The position numbers and the translations under genes were made by a program. The notes under the pieces were generated by a model. The model was not told where the DNA came from and did not search any database. It was given only the letters and a program-made list of their open reading frames with translations. Source: Cetorhinus maximus (Eukaryota). From it: a stretch of 64,000 bases of DNA. Every line of letters begins with the position of its first letter. The first letter of the stretch is position 1. The stretch is from positions 23,498,001 to 23,562,000 of the forward strand of contig NC_135895.1 in assembly GCF_964194155.1 (NCBI RefSeq), written 5' to 3'. Positions 1 through 12,834 of the stretch are shown here, in pieces.

Positions 1-218
1 GTTTCCACTAAGTATGGAAGTCCCCTAGATACAGAAGTGCTGAAGCTAAGGCACTTAATTGATCGCGTCAAACATGCGATACTTAGATATATGGTGTTCC
101 ACTATGTTGTCATCAGTCTGCAATGTTCATGTTAACACACTGCACAAGTCCACTACAATTTGCAATTTTGCCATCCCTGTCACAGCATGATTGGACGATT
201 TAATGAAGGGATGACCAA

Positions 219-458
219 TTTGGATCCAGTTTTATTAAATGAATCCTCACTCTATACTTAGCCCCTCTAGCATCTGTAATATGTGTCATGATTTTGACGC
301 ACTTTAAATTGGGAACAGATACGAGATTGGACTGTCTGTTATCACTATTATTATTTATCTTAGCAAAAGAGCCTCCAGCAATTGCAGTAATGACAAATCA
401 GGCTAGACAAAGACTTCAGTTTGCACACTAGCAATATAACATTGTCTGCATGCTGACA
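219..458 (+). mobile_element. Degenerate L1/Tx1-clade reverse transcriptase fragment
   Basis: Manual translation from 219 gives FGSSFIK*ILTLYLAPLASV...FKLGTDTRLDCLLSLLLFILAKEPPAIAV, then LHAD. This resembles the L1 RT segment FG..FI.WI..LY..P.ASV...GTRQGCPLSPLLF.LA.EPLAIA...LYADD. Confidence 0.6.
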
Positions 459-3400
459 GAATTCAAGCAATATTTAACCTTGTACAGTTCATTTATATAA
501 AAAGTGAATTTGATTGATGCTTATTTGAAAACCTTGGTTTTTTTTATGTATATATCTTCATCATTTGGAGTTTGGCACGTTACTGCCTCAACTGTGTTAA
601 TTCACATTCTGATCCCAGAATAAAATGTAGAAAATATAATATGCAATAATCACAAAGAAACAAATTTGTGAATGGCCAGAATCAACCTGGTTAGACTTGT
701 TTGAGTGGAATATACATGGTATCCTATCATGAACAAAGTGTAGGTGAATACGCATTGAACATTTTCTCTGTTCCCCCCTTTGTTCCTCCATGCTTCTGTC
801 CGTTTCTTTGCTTTTCTTGCTCCTTCTACTTGATTTTCTGTCACATTCCTTTTGTTTCTATGCACCCTTCAGCCAAGCCTCAAAGTTATAAATCTGAATC
901 TACTATATTTTTGCTGTGTTGTAAATGAGGTGCCTGTCAAGTTAAGGCAGCACTGAGTGATAAGTGAAAAGCATTAGCAAACCTGGATTTAATGCTAAAT
1001 TTAGAAATTTCTCAAGATGTATGCATAAAGCATTAGGTTAGCACTGGATTGTGACTGTAGATTCAAAATGAGGACAATTAATAATCTCAAAATATATAGA
1101 AAAACTTGGCTGCATTAAAGTGTATAATAGCAACTGTCACTCAATTCATTTCTTTCAGGGTCCTCACAGCCAGTAGGGAGGTGAAAATTTATGTATAATT
1201 GGAATAATAGTACCATTTTATAGCAAGACTTGTAACCGAAGTGACCTGTCAATATTACATTCATTCTCAATTCTGGCGCAAACAAACAGCTCCAAATGCA
1301 TCATATGGCCAAAGAAGCTGCTTGCCAATCATGTACCTCTTCCTACACATGACTGCACATAAATTTGTGTACAATCCAATAATAAAACCAAACAAAATTA
1401 TTATCAGCAAATATTATTTCCAACACTAAAAAATAACAGAATTTTAGGAGCAGTTTATTAATCTTTACACTTCAAAGTAAAAATTTAACCTCGCAGTGGG
1501 TTAAAATGTCATGATAGAGATGAATTTAGAGAGGATATTGTAGGTGAGATGCTTTTAATGTACAGTGTCCCTCCTAAATGGGGTAATGACAAGAACATCA
1601 GCTCTTAGGAAATACTTGTAGTTTTATCGTTCTATTCCTTCACCCTGGAGATTTTCCAGCTCAATTCTCCCCTCTCAGCAGGAAGCTGCTCAGCTACGTT
1701 ACCATTAGAAAATGAAGGTATTGGAAATCCCACAGATTTGCTTCCTTTCGACCCTTGATGCTGATTAAGAGGCATCCAAAGTGTGAAAATGTGATAACAC
1801 TGAGAATGCACGACAAAATCAGAGTCTGTATGTGAAATTCAGAGAGAAAAGGTGGTACTGCTACAGTATGTATCATGATTGCCATTTCTAATGTGCAAGT
1901 ATTATTTAGCTTGTAATTGAAATTCGGCAATTGGAATTATGATTTCACTTGTAAGTTACACTTGTAATGAAATATACTAAAATATATAAGGCGATGATGA
2001 ACTTAGCTTATTGCTTTCCTTCTGATATATTATCTACAGAACTCTAAGTAATTGCAGTGTCTTCACAAATCTGACCTGTTTCAAATTCTGTGCATGTAAA
2101 TATTTCAAGTCATGTATTTAGTCTCAAAGGATTTTAAACCACCAATGCTGAATTGTTTGATTTTTGCCCCAGGGAATTTCCATGCTACATCTGGCAAAAA
2201 CTTAACTAATTTGGCTTTTGTGTGGATAGTAACCCCAAACAGCACTGAATCATAATCTAAAAAAGACTTCTAAATTGACAAGCACCCAAGTGAAAATGTT
2301 GAATCAGAGAGGATGGAGTTTAGTCAAAATATGTGTCACTCTTCCTATGATCTCTACAGCTGTTTGAAAGTTTTATTGACTTCATTTTATTAAGTTAGTT
2401 GTATATGCAGAAAGCTGACTTTGTTTTGTCATCAGTATCTGAAAGATATTTTGGATCTATGGAATATTTTCATGGAATATTTTTGCTGAATTACATGAGG
2501 AGAGCCACGTGGTCAGTTGTGTTAAATGATTAGCGATGCATCTATACAGTAAGGTGATTCTGCATGCAAAAATGATTGTCTATTATACATTCAAGTTTAG
2601 CTTTCCGAGTGTTGGATATTATTTGTTTTACGTGCATTTCTTTTCCTGGTGGCAACAAAGGCAACCTGTTTTTATAATAACCACTGGAATACTAAGTGGA
2701 TTGATAAACTAATAAATATTTGTATTCTGATCTCATTTTCTTGTTTTAAAGTTATTAACCATAAATGATGGTTGGGATGAATTATTTTCATCAAAGAAAA
2801 TAGACATTTAATTGTGTGCATGCTTAATTAACAACAAATTCAGCTAAAGAACGTAGAGAATAATCTCAATAATCTATGTCTAAAAGATAACATTGGTTTG
2901 TAAGTGTACATGTCAATAAGTGGTCCTGGCATGCTGAAGGCTCAGCTAGAGTCAGTTTTTTCACAAGTATGGGAGGCTTTTTTTGGTAAATCCTCGGGAT
3001 TATGCAACAGCGTTGTTTGAAAAAGGTGGACATCCTGAAGAAATAAAATATGCTTTTAATGATTTTTAACCAAATTTTAAAATATGCTAGAATATTCTTT
3101 TAATGATCCTGCAGACATACACAAATCATAATTTTCAAAACCTCTTTGTAATACAGTCTGCATAAATTGGTACAAAACAAAAACAAAAATACCTGGAAAA
3201 ACTCAGCAGGTCTGACAGCATCTGCGGAGAGGAACACAGTTAACGTTCCGAGTCTGTATGACTCTTCAACAGAACTAAGGAAAAATAGAAAAGAGGTGAA
3301 ATATAAGCTGGTTTAAGGTGGAGGTGGGACAGGTAGAGCTGGATAGAGGGCCAGTGATAGGTGGAGATAACCAAAAGATGTCATAGACAAAAGGTCAAAG

Positions 3401-3655
3401 AGGTGTTGAAGGTGGTGATATTATCTAAGGAATGTGATAATAGGTGACATTGAGGGTAGAAAGCAGGATGAGCAAGGTACAGATAGCACTAGTGGGAGTG
3501 GGGTGGGGGAAAGGGATAGGCTAAAAGGTAGAGATAAAACAATGGATGGAAATACATCTAAAAATAATGGAAATAGGTGGGAAAATAAAAATCTATATGA
3601 ATTATTGGGAAAAAAAGGGGGAGATCGGAAAGGGGGTGGGGATGGAGGAGAGAGT

Positions 3656-6085
3656 TCATGATCTAAAATTGTTGAACTCAATATTCAGTCTGGAAGGCTG
3701 TAAAGGGCCTAGTCGGAAGATGAGGTCCTGTTCCTCCAGTTTGCGTTGAGCTTCACTCGAACAATGCAGCAGGCCAAGGACGGACATGTGGGCATGAGAG
3801 CAGGGTGGAGTGTTGAAATGGCAAGCGACAGGGAGGTCTGGGTCATGCTTGCGGACAGACTGAAGGTGTTCCGCAAAGTGGTCACCCAGTCTGCTTTTGG
3901 TCTCTCCAATGTAGAGGAAACCACATTGGGAGCAGCGAATGCAATAGACTAAATTGAGGGAAGTGCAAGTGAAATGCTGCTTCACTTGAAAGGAATGTTT
4001 GGGCCCTTGGACGGTGAGGAGAGGGGAAATAAAGGGGCAAGTGTTGCACCTTCTGCGGTTGCATGGGAAGGTGCCGTGGGAAGGGGTTGAGGTGTAAGGG
4101 GTGATGGAGGAGTGGACAAGGGTGTCCCGGAGGTAATGATCCCTGCGGAATGCCGCCAGGGGATGAATGGAAGATGTGTTTGGTGGTGGCATCATGCTGG
4201 AGTTGGCGGAAATGGCGGAGGATGATCCTTTGAATGCAGAGGCTGGTGGGGTGATAAGTGAGGACAAGGGGGACCCTATCATGTTTCTGGGAGGGAGAGG
4301 AAGGTGTGAGGGCAGATGCGCGGGAGATGGGCCGGACACGGTTGAGGACCCTGTCAACAACCGTGGGTGGAAAACCTCGGTTAAGGAAGAAGGAAGACAT
4401 GTCAGAGGAACTGTTTTTGAAAGTGGCATCATCAGAACAGATGCGACGGAGGCAAAGGAAATGAGAGAATGGGATGGAGTCCTTACAGGAAGCGGGGTGT
4501 GAGGAGCTGTAGTCGAGGTAGCTGTGGGAGTCGGTAGGCTTGTAATGAATATGGGTGGACAGTCTATCACCAGAAATTGAGACAGAGAGGTCAAGGAAGG
4601 GAAGGAAAGTGTCAGAGATGGACCATGTGAAAATGATGAAGGGTGGAAATTGGAAGCAAAATTAATAATTTTTTCCAGGTCCAGACGAGAGCATGAAGCA
4701 GCACCGAAGCAATCATCGATGTACTGGAGAAAGAGTTGTGGGAGGGGGCTGGAGTAGGACTGGAACAAGGAATGTTCCACATACCCCATAAAGAGACAGG
4801 CATAGCTGGGGCCCACACCTTTTATTTGGAGGGAGTGAGAGGAGTTTAAGGAGAAATTGTTCAGTGAGAGAACAAGTTCAGCCAGACGGAGGAGAGTAGT
4901 GGTGGATGGGGATTGTTCGGGCCTCTGTTCGAGGAGAGCCATCAGACCATCCTGGTGGAGGATGGAGATGTAGAGGGATTAGACACCCATGGTGAAGAGG
5001 AGGCGGTTGGGGCCAGAGAACTGGAAATTGTTGACATGATGTAGGGTGTCAGAGGAATCACGGATGTAGATGGGAAGGGACTGGACAAGAGGAGAGAGAA
5101 TGGAGTCAAGGTAGCAAAAAATGAGTTCCGTGGGGCAGGAACAGGCTGACACGATCGGTCTGTCGGGACAGTCCTGTTTGTGGACTTTGGGTAGGAGTTA
5201 GAAGCAGGCCATCCTAGTTTGGGAGACTATGAGGTTGGAAGCTGTGGAAGGAAGCTCTCCAGAGGAGATGAGGTCAGTAACAGTCCTGGAAACAATGGCT
5301 TGATGTTCAGTGGTGGGGTCATGGACCAGGGGGAGGTAGGAGGAAGTGTCTGCGAGTTGACGCTCAGCCTCTGCGAGGTAGAGGTCAGTGCGCCAGACAA
5401 CAACAGCACCACGCTTGTCAGCAGGTTTGATGACAATGTCAGGGTTGGACCTGAGAGAACAGAGTACAGCAAGTTCAGAGAGAGACAGGTTAGAGTGGGT
5501 GAGAGGAGCAGAGAAATTGAGATGACTGATGTCACACCAACAGTTCTCAATGAAAAGATCAAAAGAAGGTAAGAATCCAAAGGGAGAGGTCCAGATGGAG
5601 GGAGAATATTGGAGGCGGGTAAAAGGATGCGTTGAACGGGGAGAGGACTCCTGCCCAAAGGAGTGAGCACGGAGATGAAGGCGGCGAAACAAGAGTTCAG
5701 CATCATGCCAAGTATGAAATTCATTGAGATGAGGGCACAAGGGTATGAAACTAAGTCCTTTGCTGAGCACTGAACGTTCAGCATTGGAGAGGGGAAGGTC
5801 AGGGGGTATAGTGAATACACGGCCGGGGCTGGGATTGGAAGACGGGATGGGGACAGAGGGACAGGCAGGGGTGGAGGGTCCTGGATGGGCGTTGGTGTCG
5901 ATGAGTTGTTGGAGCTTGCGTTCCTTTGCACCTGAAAGAAAGAGGCAAAGTTTCTTGTTGAGGTATCGGATGAGACGAAGAATAAAATGAAACTGGGGGC
6001 ACGGGCAGCTTCGAAATAGGGTGTGGCGGTGCTGCTGGAAGGAGAGGTCGAGAGTGTACATATGGCAGCGCATGGCACTGAGTGT
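3656..6085 (-). pseudogene. Frameshifted PLE ORF: reverse transcriptase + GIY-YIG endonuclease (5'-truncated)
   Basis: ORF track shows IVIKPADKRGAVVVW (PLE RT N-terminal motif), GPSYACLFMG, QYIDDCF (catalytic), CNRRRCNTC and NLVYCIRCSQCGFLYIGETKSRLGDHFAEH (GIY-YIG). It is split across frames with stops. Confidence 0.9.
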
Positions 6086-7025
6086 GAGGGCACTAAGGGC
6101 CCTCAACCGTGTCCGGCCCATCGCCTGCGCATCCACCCTCACACCTTCCTCTCCCTCCCAGAACCATGATAGGGTCCTCCTTGTCCTCACTTATCACCCC
6201 ACCAGCCTCCGCATTCAAAGGATCATCCTCCGCCATTTCCGCCAGCTCCAGCACGATGCCACCACCAAACACATCTTCCCTTCACTCCCCTGGCGGCATT
6301 TCGCAGGGATCGTTCCCTCCGGGACACCCTTGTCCACTCCTCCATTACCCCCTACACCTCAACCCACTCCCACGGCACCTTCCTCTACATTGGAGAGATC
6401 AAACGCAGACTGGGTGACCACTTTGCAGAACACCTTCGGTCTGTCCGCAAGCATGACCCAGACCTCCCTGTCGCTTGCCATTTCAACACTCCACCCTGCT
6501 CTCATGCCCACATGTCCGTCCTTGGCCTGCTGCATTGTTCGAGTGAAGCTCAGCGCAAACTGGAGGAACAGCACCTCACCTTCCGACTAGGCACTTTGCA
6601 GCCTTCCGGACTGAATATTGAGTTCAACAATTTTAGATCATGAACTCTCTCCTCCATCCCCACCCCTTTTCTGATCCCCCCCTTTTTTTTCCAATAATTT
6701 ATATAGATTTTTCTTTTCCCACCTATTTCCATTATTTTTAGATGTATTTCCATCCATTGTTTTATCTCTGCCTTTTAGCATATTTCGATCCCTTCCCCCA
6801 CTGCACCCCCACTAGGGCTATCTGTACCTTGCTCGTCCTGCTTTCTACCCTTAACGTCACCTATTAGCACATTCCTTAGATAATATCACCACCTTCAACA
6901 CCTCTTTGTCCTTTTGTCTATGATATCTTTTGGTTATCTCCACCTATCACTGGCCCTCTATCCAGCTCTACCTGTCCCAGCCCCCTTAAACCAGCTTATA
7001 TTTCACCTCTTTTCTATTTTTCCTT

Positions 7026-7063
7026 AGTTCTGTTGAAGAGTCATACGGACTCGAAATGTTAAC
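7026..7063 (+). ncRNA. Minimal type I hammerhead-like motif in PLE terminus (U6 variant)
   Basis: AGTT-CTGTTGA-A-GAGTC[ATACG]GACTC-GAAA-TGTT-AACT. Helix I is AGTT/AACT and stem II is GAGTC/GACTC. A mirror copy lies on the minus strand at ~3238-3275. Confidence 0.55.
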
Positions 7064-7921
7064 TGTGTTCCTCTCCGCAGATGCTGTCAGACCTGCTGAA
7101 TTTTTCCAGGTATTTTTGTTTTTGTTTTGGATTTCCAGCATCCGCAGTTTTTTGCTTTTATAAATTGGTACACGTTGGTTATACTGATCACTTTGTAATA
7201 TGGTCCACAGGTGTTTTTCATGCAAAGAATTATACTGAGATTCCCACTGAATGCAGCTGAAAACTTCGAAGCAGCACTCTAAAGAAGCTCGAAAACAGGA
7301 CTATAAAAAGACACTTAGTCACCTGCTCTGCATTGTGACTCACAACAGTAGATATGGTTCTTATTCAGCATTGAAGGTAAACGTCCATCATGTAGCTGAT
7401 GAAACGTCTGAGGCTCAGTGTAACATTTTAGAACATTTTCCTCTATGGCCTGGAAAGGATTTTATTAGAGTGCTACAATGCAGCAAGGCTGAAAGTGTGG
7501 TTTGTTCGTTGGTGGGGCCCCATTCAGAGCAGCTGTCGGTTTGAGTACTTTTGCATGTAACATCAGCTTCGAGACATTATGGGCATTCCATAGTTGTTCA
7601 TTTCAATTTCAGTCACTGTACTTGGCAGAGGCTTGGCTAAAACCTACATATAGGTGCCATCAGTACCTACATCAACTCAAGTTTTATCAACTTTTAGTGA
7701 CAGCTTGGCAGATCAAACCTTAGCAGACAGATTTGCGGGAGGGTAGACTTCGTGATGCTCTCCCTTCCTTGGAGAGACAGTCTGAGACAGTAAGTGTCAC
7801 AGAGAGAGCTCTCTCTCACAAGGTAGTCAGGGAGGATGGGAGGCTGAGGTATTGGCATAAGCGCTAGGTATACAACCTGCAACAGAGGCAGTAGGATTGA
7901 AATTAGCTTAAGGATAGTAAA

Positions 7922-8069
7922 CTTTTTTAAGAATTCAGTTATGGGATGTGGGTGTCACTGGCTAGGCCAACATTTATTGCCCATCCCCAAATTCCCTTAT
8001 TCAGAAGGCATTTAAGAGTCAACCACATTGCTGTGGGTCTGGAGTCACATGTAGGTCAGACCAGGTAAG
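7922..8069 (-). mobile_element. 3' fragment of the tRNA-headed SINE family seen at 41168-41560
   Basis: Shares GGGATGTGGGTGTCACTGGCTAGGCC..ATTTATTGCCCATCC and AAGAGTCAACCACATTGCTGTGGGTCTGGAGTCACATGTAGG with 41190-41330 and 57380-57440. Confidence 0.75.
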
Positions 8070-8992
8070 TTAATCATGTAAATCGGCTGCCTGCTTCAGA
8101 ACTGTAAACATTTAGAGATGTAACATGTTTTAAGCAAGTAGAAAGGCAGGGAAACTGGGTGGGGGATGGTGCTGGAGTATAAAGGAAGGTCTGTGATAGA
8201 GTGCAAGGCAGGAATGATTAAATAATGAAAGGGATTGTACATTAAATATATTGATTAACACTTGGCTTAGTGAATTTGTACATTGGAACACCAAGCTCTG
8301 GCATCATGGAGTAGCAGAACACAGGTTTAATCTCTTAAATTCAGTTACTTGATTTAACAAGATGCCACATTGCCCAGATGCCTTCCTAAGTGGAAAGGAA
8401 GAAAATCTAAGAGTTAACCGAAGCTGCTGTTGCACACTTCCTATTTACTGATTCTGAGCTAATGTATTGATGATCTGAGACTAGTTCCCCTGCTTGTCCT
8501 CTCAGCCGTAGTTAGTACACGCCTTAGAAAGAGAATGAAAGTAGATGGAATTAACAATCCAATAAAAGAATTTGACATTCTTATATGCTCTGTCCTATTC
8601 AGTTATTTTGAAGTTAACAGGCAGGAAATTGATAATGTCAGTTCTGCGTTACTACACGAGACTAATTTTGGCTAAGTTTAAATGTTTATCCCTTTAATTC
8701 CAACTTCTTGTTCATCTGCTGTAAAGAAATAAATTACAACTAAATTAAAGTTTAACAGTGTTCTCCAGAACTATCATAAACCTCTCAAGTTTCAGTTGAC
8801 TAGAGTAACTTCCAAATTTAAGCTCAATGAAACAATGCATCACACTTTAGCATCTTTAATGAACACTTGAAATCACTCTCAATTGCAATTGTTGTAGCAA
8901 GTTTCATTGAATAACTATTTTACATAAAGCATGTGAAAAAGGTATTTTTTAATTAAATTCTCATATCTTGTTTCAAATTTATAACTAAAAAA

Positions 8993-9307
8993 CAGTCGTT
9001 TGGTAGTACAGAGCTTCAGTTTTGCTGAAAAAAGAGTCTTGTAATCAAAGCTTTTCATCTTTCACTCATCAGGATAGCTTACAAGAATTTTCCAACCATA
9101 ACAGGGGAACAAAAATTTATACTGCCTGAGAAGAGAGTGATGGTTCGTTGGCAAATGGACTCTGATTGGTGGAGGCGTTGTCATGAAGAATGCAGCATTG
9201 AACAGTTAATTGTTAATTGTTGTTCCCCATTATGGTTGGAAAATTCTTGTGAGCTATCCTGATGAGTTCCAGATGAAAAGCTTTGATAGCATGTCTCTTT
9301 TTTCAGC
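8993..9307. mobile_element. Short fold-back element with hammerhead motifs (second PLE-type family)
   Basis: Inverted arms at ~9022-9112 and ~9220-9309, an unpaired ~28-nt tail at 8993-9020, and TSD AACTAAAAAA at 8983-8992 and 9308-9317. Confidence 0.75.
9253..9290 (+). ncRNA. Minimal type I hammerhead ribozyme motif with canonical core
   Basis: GCTATC-CTGATGA-GT[TCCAG]AT-GAAA-AGCT-TT-GATAGC. It has a perfect 6-bp helix I, a CUGAUGA...GAAA core and palindromic AGCT in place of helix III. Stem II is weak or decayed. Confidence 0.65.
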
Positions 9308-10699
9308 AACTAAAAAATTAGAAGGAAAAGCTCAATAAGTGTTTCTTTTGATTCATTTGTTTCTTTCTGATACCAAATTTATCATTATATTCACATTAGG
9401 TTGGTCACAGGATCTTTTTTATAATTGACAGAATATAAGTTAGAAGTTAGATTATCCAACAAAGATTCAACACATATCTGCATTAAATTCTTATATCATT
9501 TCTATACTTAACAGTGTCATGACTGAGCAACAATCTGAATTATTATTATACCTATGAAACCATTACATGTTATTATTTTTATTTTTTCAGTTCACACAGA
9601 GAAATTTTGTTTTTATTGGTTGTTGTTTGGTGATCTTCAAGGGAAACCATTAAATTAGTGACAGATTTTTGCCATCCTTAGTCTTCAACCGCATTGTTTA
9701 TACTAATTCATCATTATACTAATTACATTTGTTAAATATATTCATATTATTTGGTTAGTGTCAATCTCTAAATATATTGCTTGCTGCTTGGAGAAATTTT
9801 TCATTAGTAAGTCTTCTCCGCTTTCAATAAATGTGGAGTCGTTCATCTTTTTCTTCAGCATTCCTACATTGATGCCTTATCCTACTGAATCATATTGAAC
9901 AAATATTTTAGATTAACACTTCAATAAATTTGAATAAAGTATTCTTTACTTATGTGAGTACAGTTCCAAAAAATATGAGAGAACTGTATTAAAAATTATT
10001 AATTGCTTTTCATTGGCCTAGTTTGAAGAGTCGCAGTCTATTGAAAAGCAGATGTTAAGCAAGGCAAGCCTATACAACAGCAACATCTAGTGGTTAGAGG
10101 ATATTACAGAAATAAAAGAATTACATATTTATCTTCTCACATTTGGACTTGTGTTAAAAAGCATTCTATTATTATTTTCTACCACATTTAATAAAAATGC
10201 TGTTCTGTAAATATCCCACTAAAATTTCACTTTTTAAATGTGACAACTTAACAAATGTCAAATGAAATGAATTGAAGATAATTAATAATGTTATGGAAAT
10301 AAAGCCAAGATTGACCCAATTACAGTAAAGTTGTATATGTGTTACACATTATTTTATATGTTCATAAGTGTAATCTCATTTAGCAATGTTCACTCTTATG
10401 AAGTGAAAAAAAATTATTTTTTAACTATAGCCCAAGGGCATTTATTATGAATAATGCCTATTAATGCCTCCCTGTTGACTGGTACATCTTTAGTGTGTAC
10501 CATGACATTTTTAGACTCAATGAAGGAAGGAACCTGATTTCTGTTACATTTGCATTGAGTGGTTCCAATTAGGAAAATAAAAGGCAAGTTACCTTCATAG
10601 AAACCCAGTTCTTGTTTTTCCTGTAATGCTGATGAATCTGGGACTGATATTTTGAGATTGAACTGATTTAGTTATCTCTATATATATACATAACCCTTT

Positions 10700-11070
10700 C
10701 ACAGAATCACAGAATCATAGTGCAGAAGAGGCCTTTCAGCCCATTGAGTCTGCACCGACACGTAAGCAACACCTGACCTACCTACCTAATCCCATTTACC
10801 AGCACTTGGCCCATAGCCTTGAATGTTATGACGTGCCAAGTGCTCAACCAGGTACTTTTTAAAGGATGTGAGGCAACCCACCTCCACCAACCTCCCAGGA
10901 AGTGCATTCTAGACCGTCAACATCCTCTGGGTAAAAATGTTTTTCCTCACATCCTCCCTAAACCTCCTGCCCCTCACAATGAACTTATGCCCCCTTGTGA
11001 CTGACCCTTCAACTAAGGGGAACAACTGCTCCCTTGCCACCCTGTCCATGCCCCTCATAATCTTGTACAC
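10700..11070 (-). mobile_element. CR1-type LINE 3' end fragment
   Basis: Starts with tandem CACAGAAT tail repeats, followed by typical CR1 3' UTR/ORF2-end sequence (CCCCTCATAATCTTGTACAC). Confidence 0.7.
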
Positions 11071-12834
11071 TAATTCCATATATGACACAAAACATTGCTT
11101 TTAAGCATTGTTTGCATTATATAATTATTAGCATAGATAGAAAGAACGCTGAAACAGTTACTTCCGAATATTAAAAGTTGATCATCTGTTTAATGAATCT
11201 CTTCAAAATGACAGTTTTTAAATCTATGGTGATTGCTTCTTGGTGAATGAAAGTGCTTCTGCTTTACATAAGGTGTAATCTTTCCTTAAAGGGTACGAAA
11301 TCCCTCTGATTGGTCCTCAAGCAGATCTCACTAGGCTACACCCCTAGTCCCAGATCTCTTTATTGTTACTCTGTAACCTTCCGTTAGAAGGTGCATAATA
11401 GTCATTTCCCATTGACTTCCTGTTGTCCTGGCGACTATGGAAGAAAGTTAAATGACTCATCACATATGGTGGCAAATCTTGCCTGGAAAAATAGCACATT
11501 TATTGAAATTGAGTGCAGTTTTCTAAATAACTTATGGCAACTTCTAATTTAGTACAGTGGTACCTACAACACCAACTCAAATTTAAGTAATGTCTTTAAT
11601 GCAAAGAATGTCCAAAGGCACTCAACAGGAAAATACACGTTGAGCAAACAAAGAAAGCATAAGGAGGAGCAACCAGACTCAGTTAAAAGAAGATGGGCTT
11701 TGAAAGGATATAAAAGGCTTAGGGGAGAATGAGGAGGTGGAGATATTTAAGGAAGAAATTCCTGAAAGTCTCAAGAAGATCAAAGCTCGACTTGTCAATG
11801 ATGGAATGAAGATTGAGGATCAACAATCATAAACTGTATGTGTGGGAGGGAAATCCAGCAACTCCTCCAGAGCCAAGCTTTAAGTCGAATGTTAAAGGGT
11901 GAGGAGAGAAAATCCCACAGGGCAGGTGGGGGAGATCAATGGGCATGAAAATTCTTATGGGGTTAGGAGGAGCAATCAGTAGTTATTAAGCCATTCTCAT
12001 TGCAGCCTGCCAAGAATCACTGGTTAGGCCCCTCTACATCCAGTGTCACTGGGTGGATTAAGCACAGCATATGCTCTGCCTGTTGGTACCTGAAAATTGT
12101 GTCAGGCCCTGCAACAGGTCCTAAATCAAATATTTAAATTAGGCTACTACCTATTTTGGGCAGGAGAGCTGGATTCCTATTTCATGGCCTGCTTGAAAGT
12201 TGAGTCAAGTGGGCCTTGGGTTGGATTTAAAATTCTGAACTGCATCAGCTCACATCTGGAATTTTCCAAACTCAAGGACTTGTCAACTGAGATCATCATC
12301 ATGACCCATCAAGTGACTAAGAATTACGGTTCTCATTATCCTATTTATTGCACAGCAAGACATAGCAGAATTCAGTTTCTTCTATGTAAATAGGCCACAA
12401 TTTATGCTCCTGAAACTGTCTGATCTGGAAACTGCCAGTAGAATCCAATTTTTCTGAAGGATAAGGAATGTAAAAGGTGAAATATTTAATTCTTGAGCTC
12501 AAAGGGTCAGAAAACATTGGGCCAAATCTTCCAGTCTCTGGATCATTGGGGACCAGACGTACAACTGAGATGCGCGTCCAGGCCTTGTGGAAGTCCTGAC
12601 ATGTGGACCTCCAATGGAATTGCCCGAGAAGTTTCAACTTCATATGGGCAATTCCATTGCTCCCCAGGAGCCTCCATGAATGTCACCAACTCTGAGTTAG
12701 AGACTTAACTCAGAGTCGGAGACTTGGAACAGATCCAATTGACTCCCTAAAACTTATCCAGAAAATGTTAGACGGATTAAAACCTGGTCTAACTCCTGGG
12801 CAACTCCAGAACTGATGCCCCAATTACTTACACT

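Larger units (their letters stand above)
3175..7159. mobile_element. Penelope-like element (RT + GIY-YIG), fold-back structure with 13-bp TSD
   Basis: TSD ATAAATTGGTACA at 3162-3174 and 7160-7172. Segment 3175-~6085 is the element on the minus strand. Segment ~6096-7159 is an inverted, internally deleted copy of its 3' part ending in an extra ~30-nt tail. Confidence 0.92.

Noticed and set aside
3175-7159. DNA transposon with long TIRs
   Set aside because: The inverted repeats include RT-linked GIY-YIG coding sequence, are asymmetric, and TSD lengths vary among related copies. This fits a Penelope-like retroelement.
10079-10093. CTCF-like site (CCACTAGATGTTGCT on the minus strand)
   Set aside because: It mismatches the GGCG core, and isolated matches of this quality are expected by chance in 64 kb.
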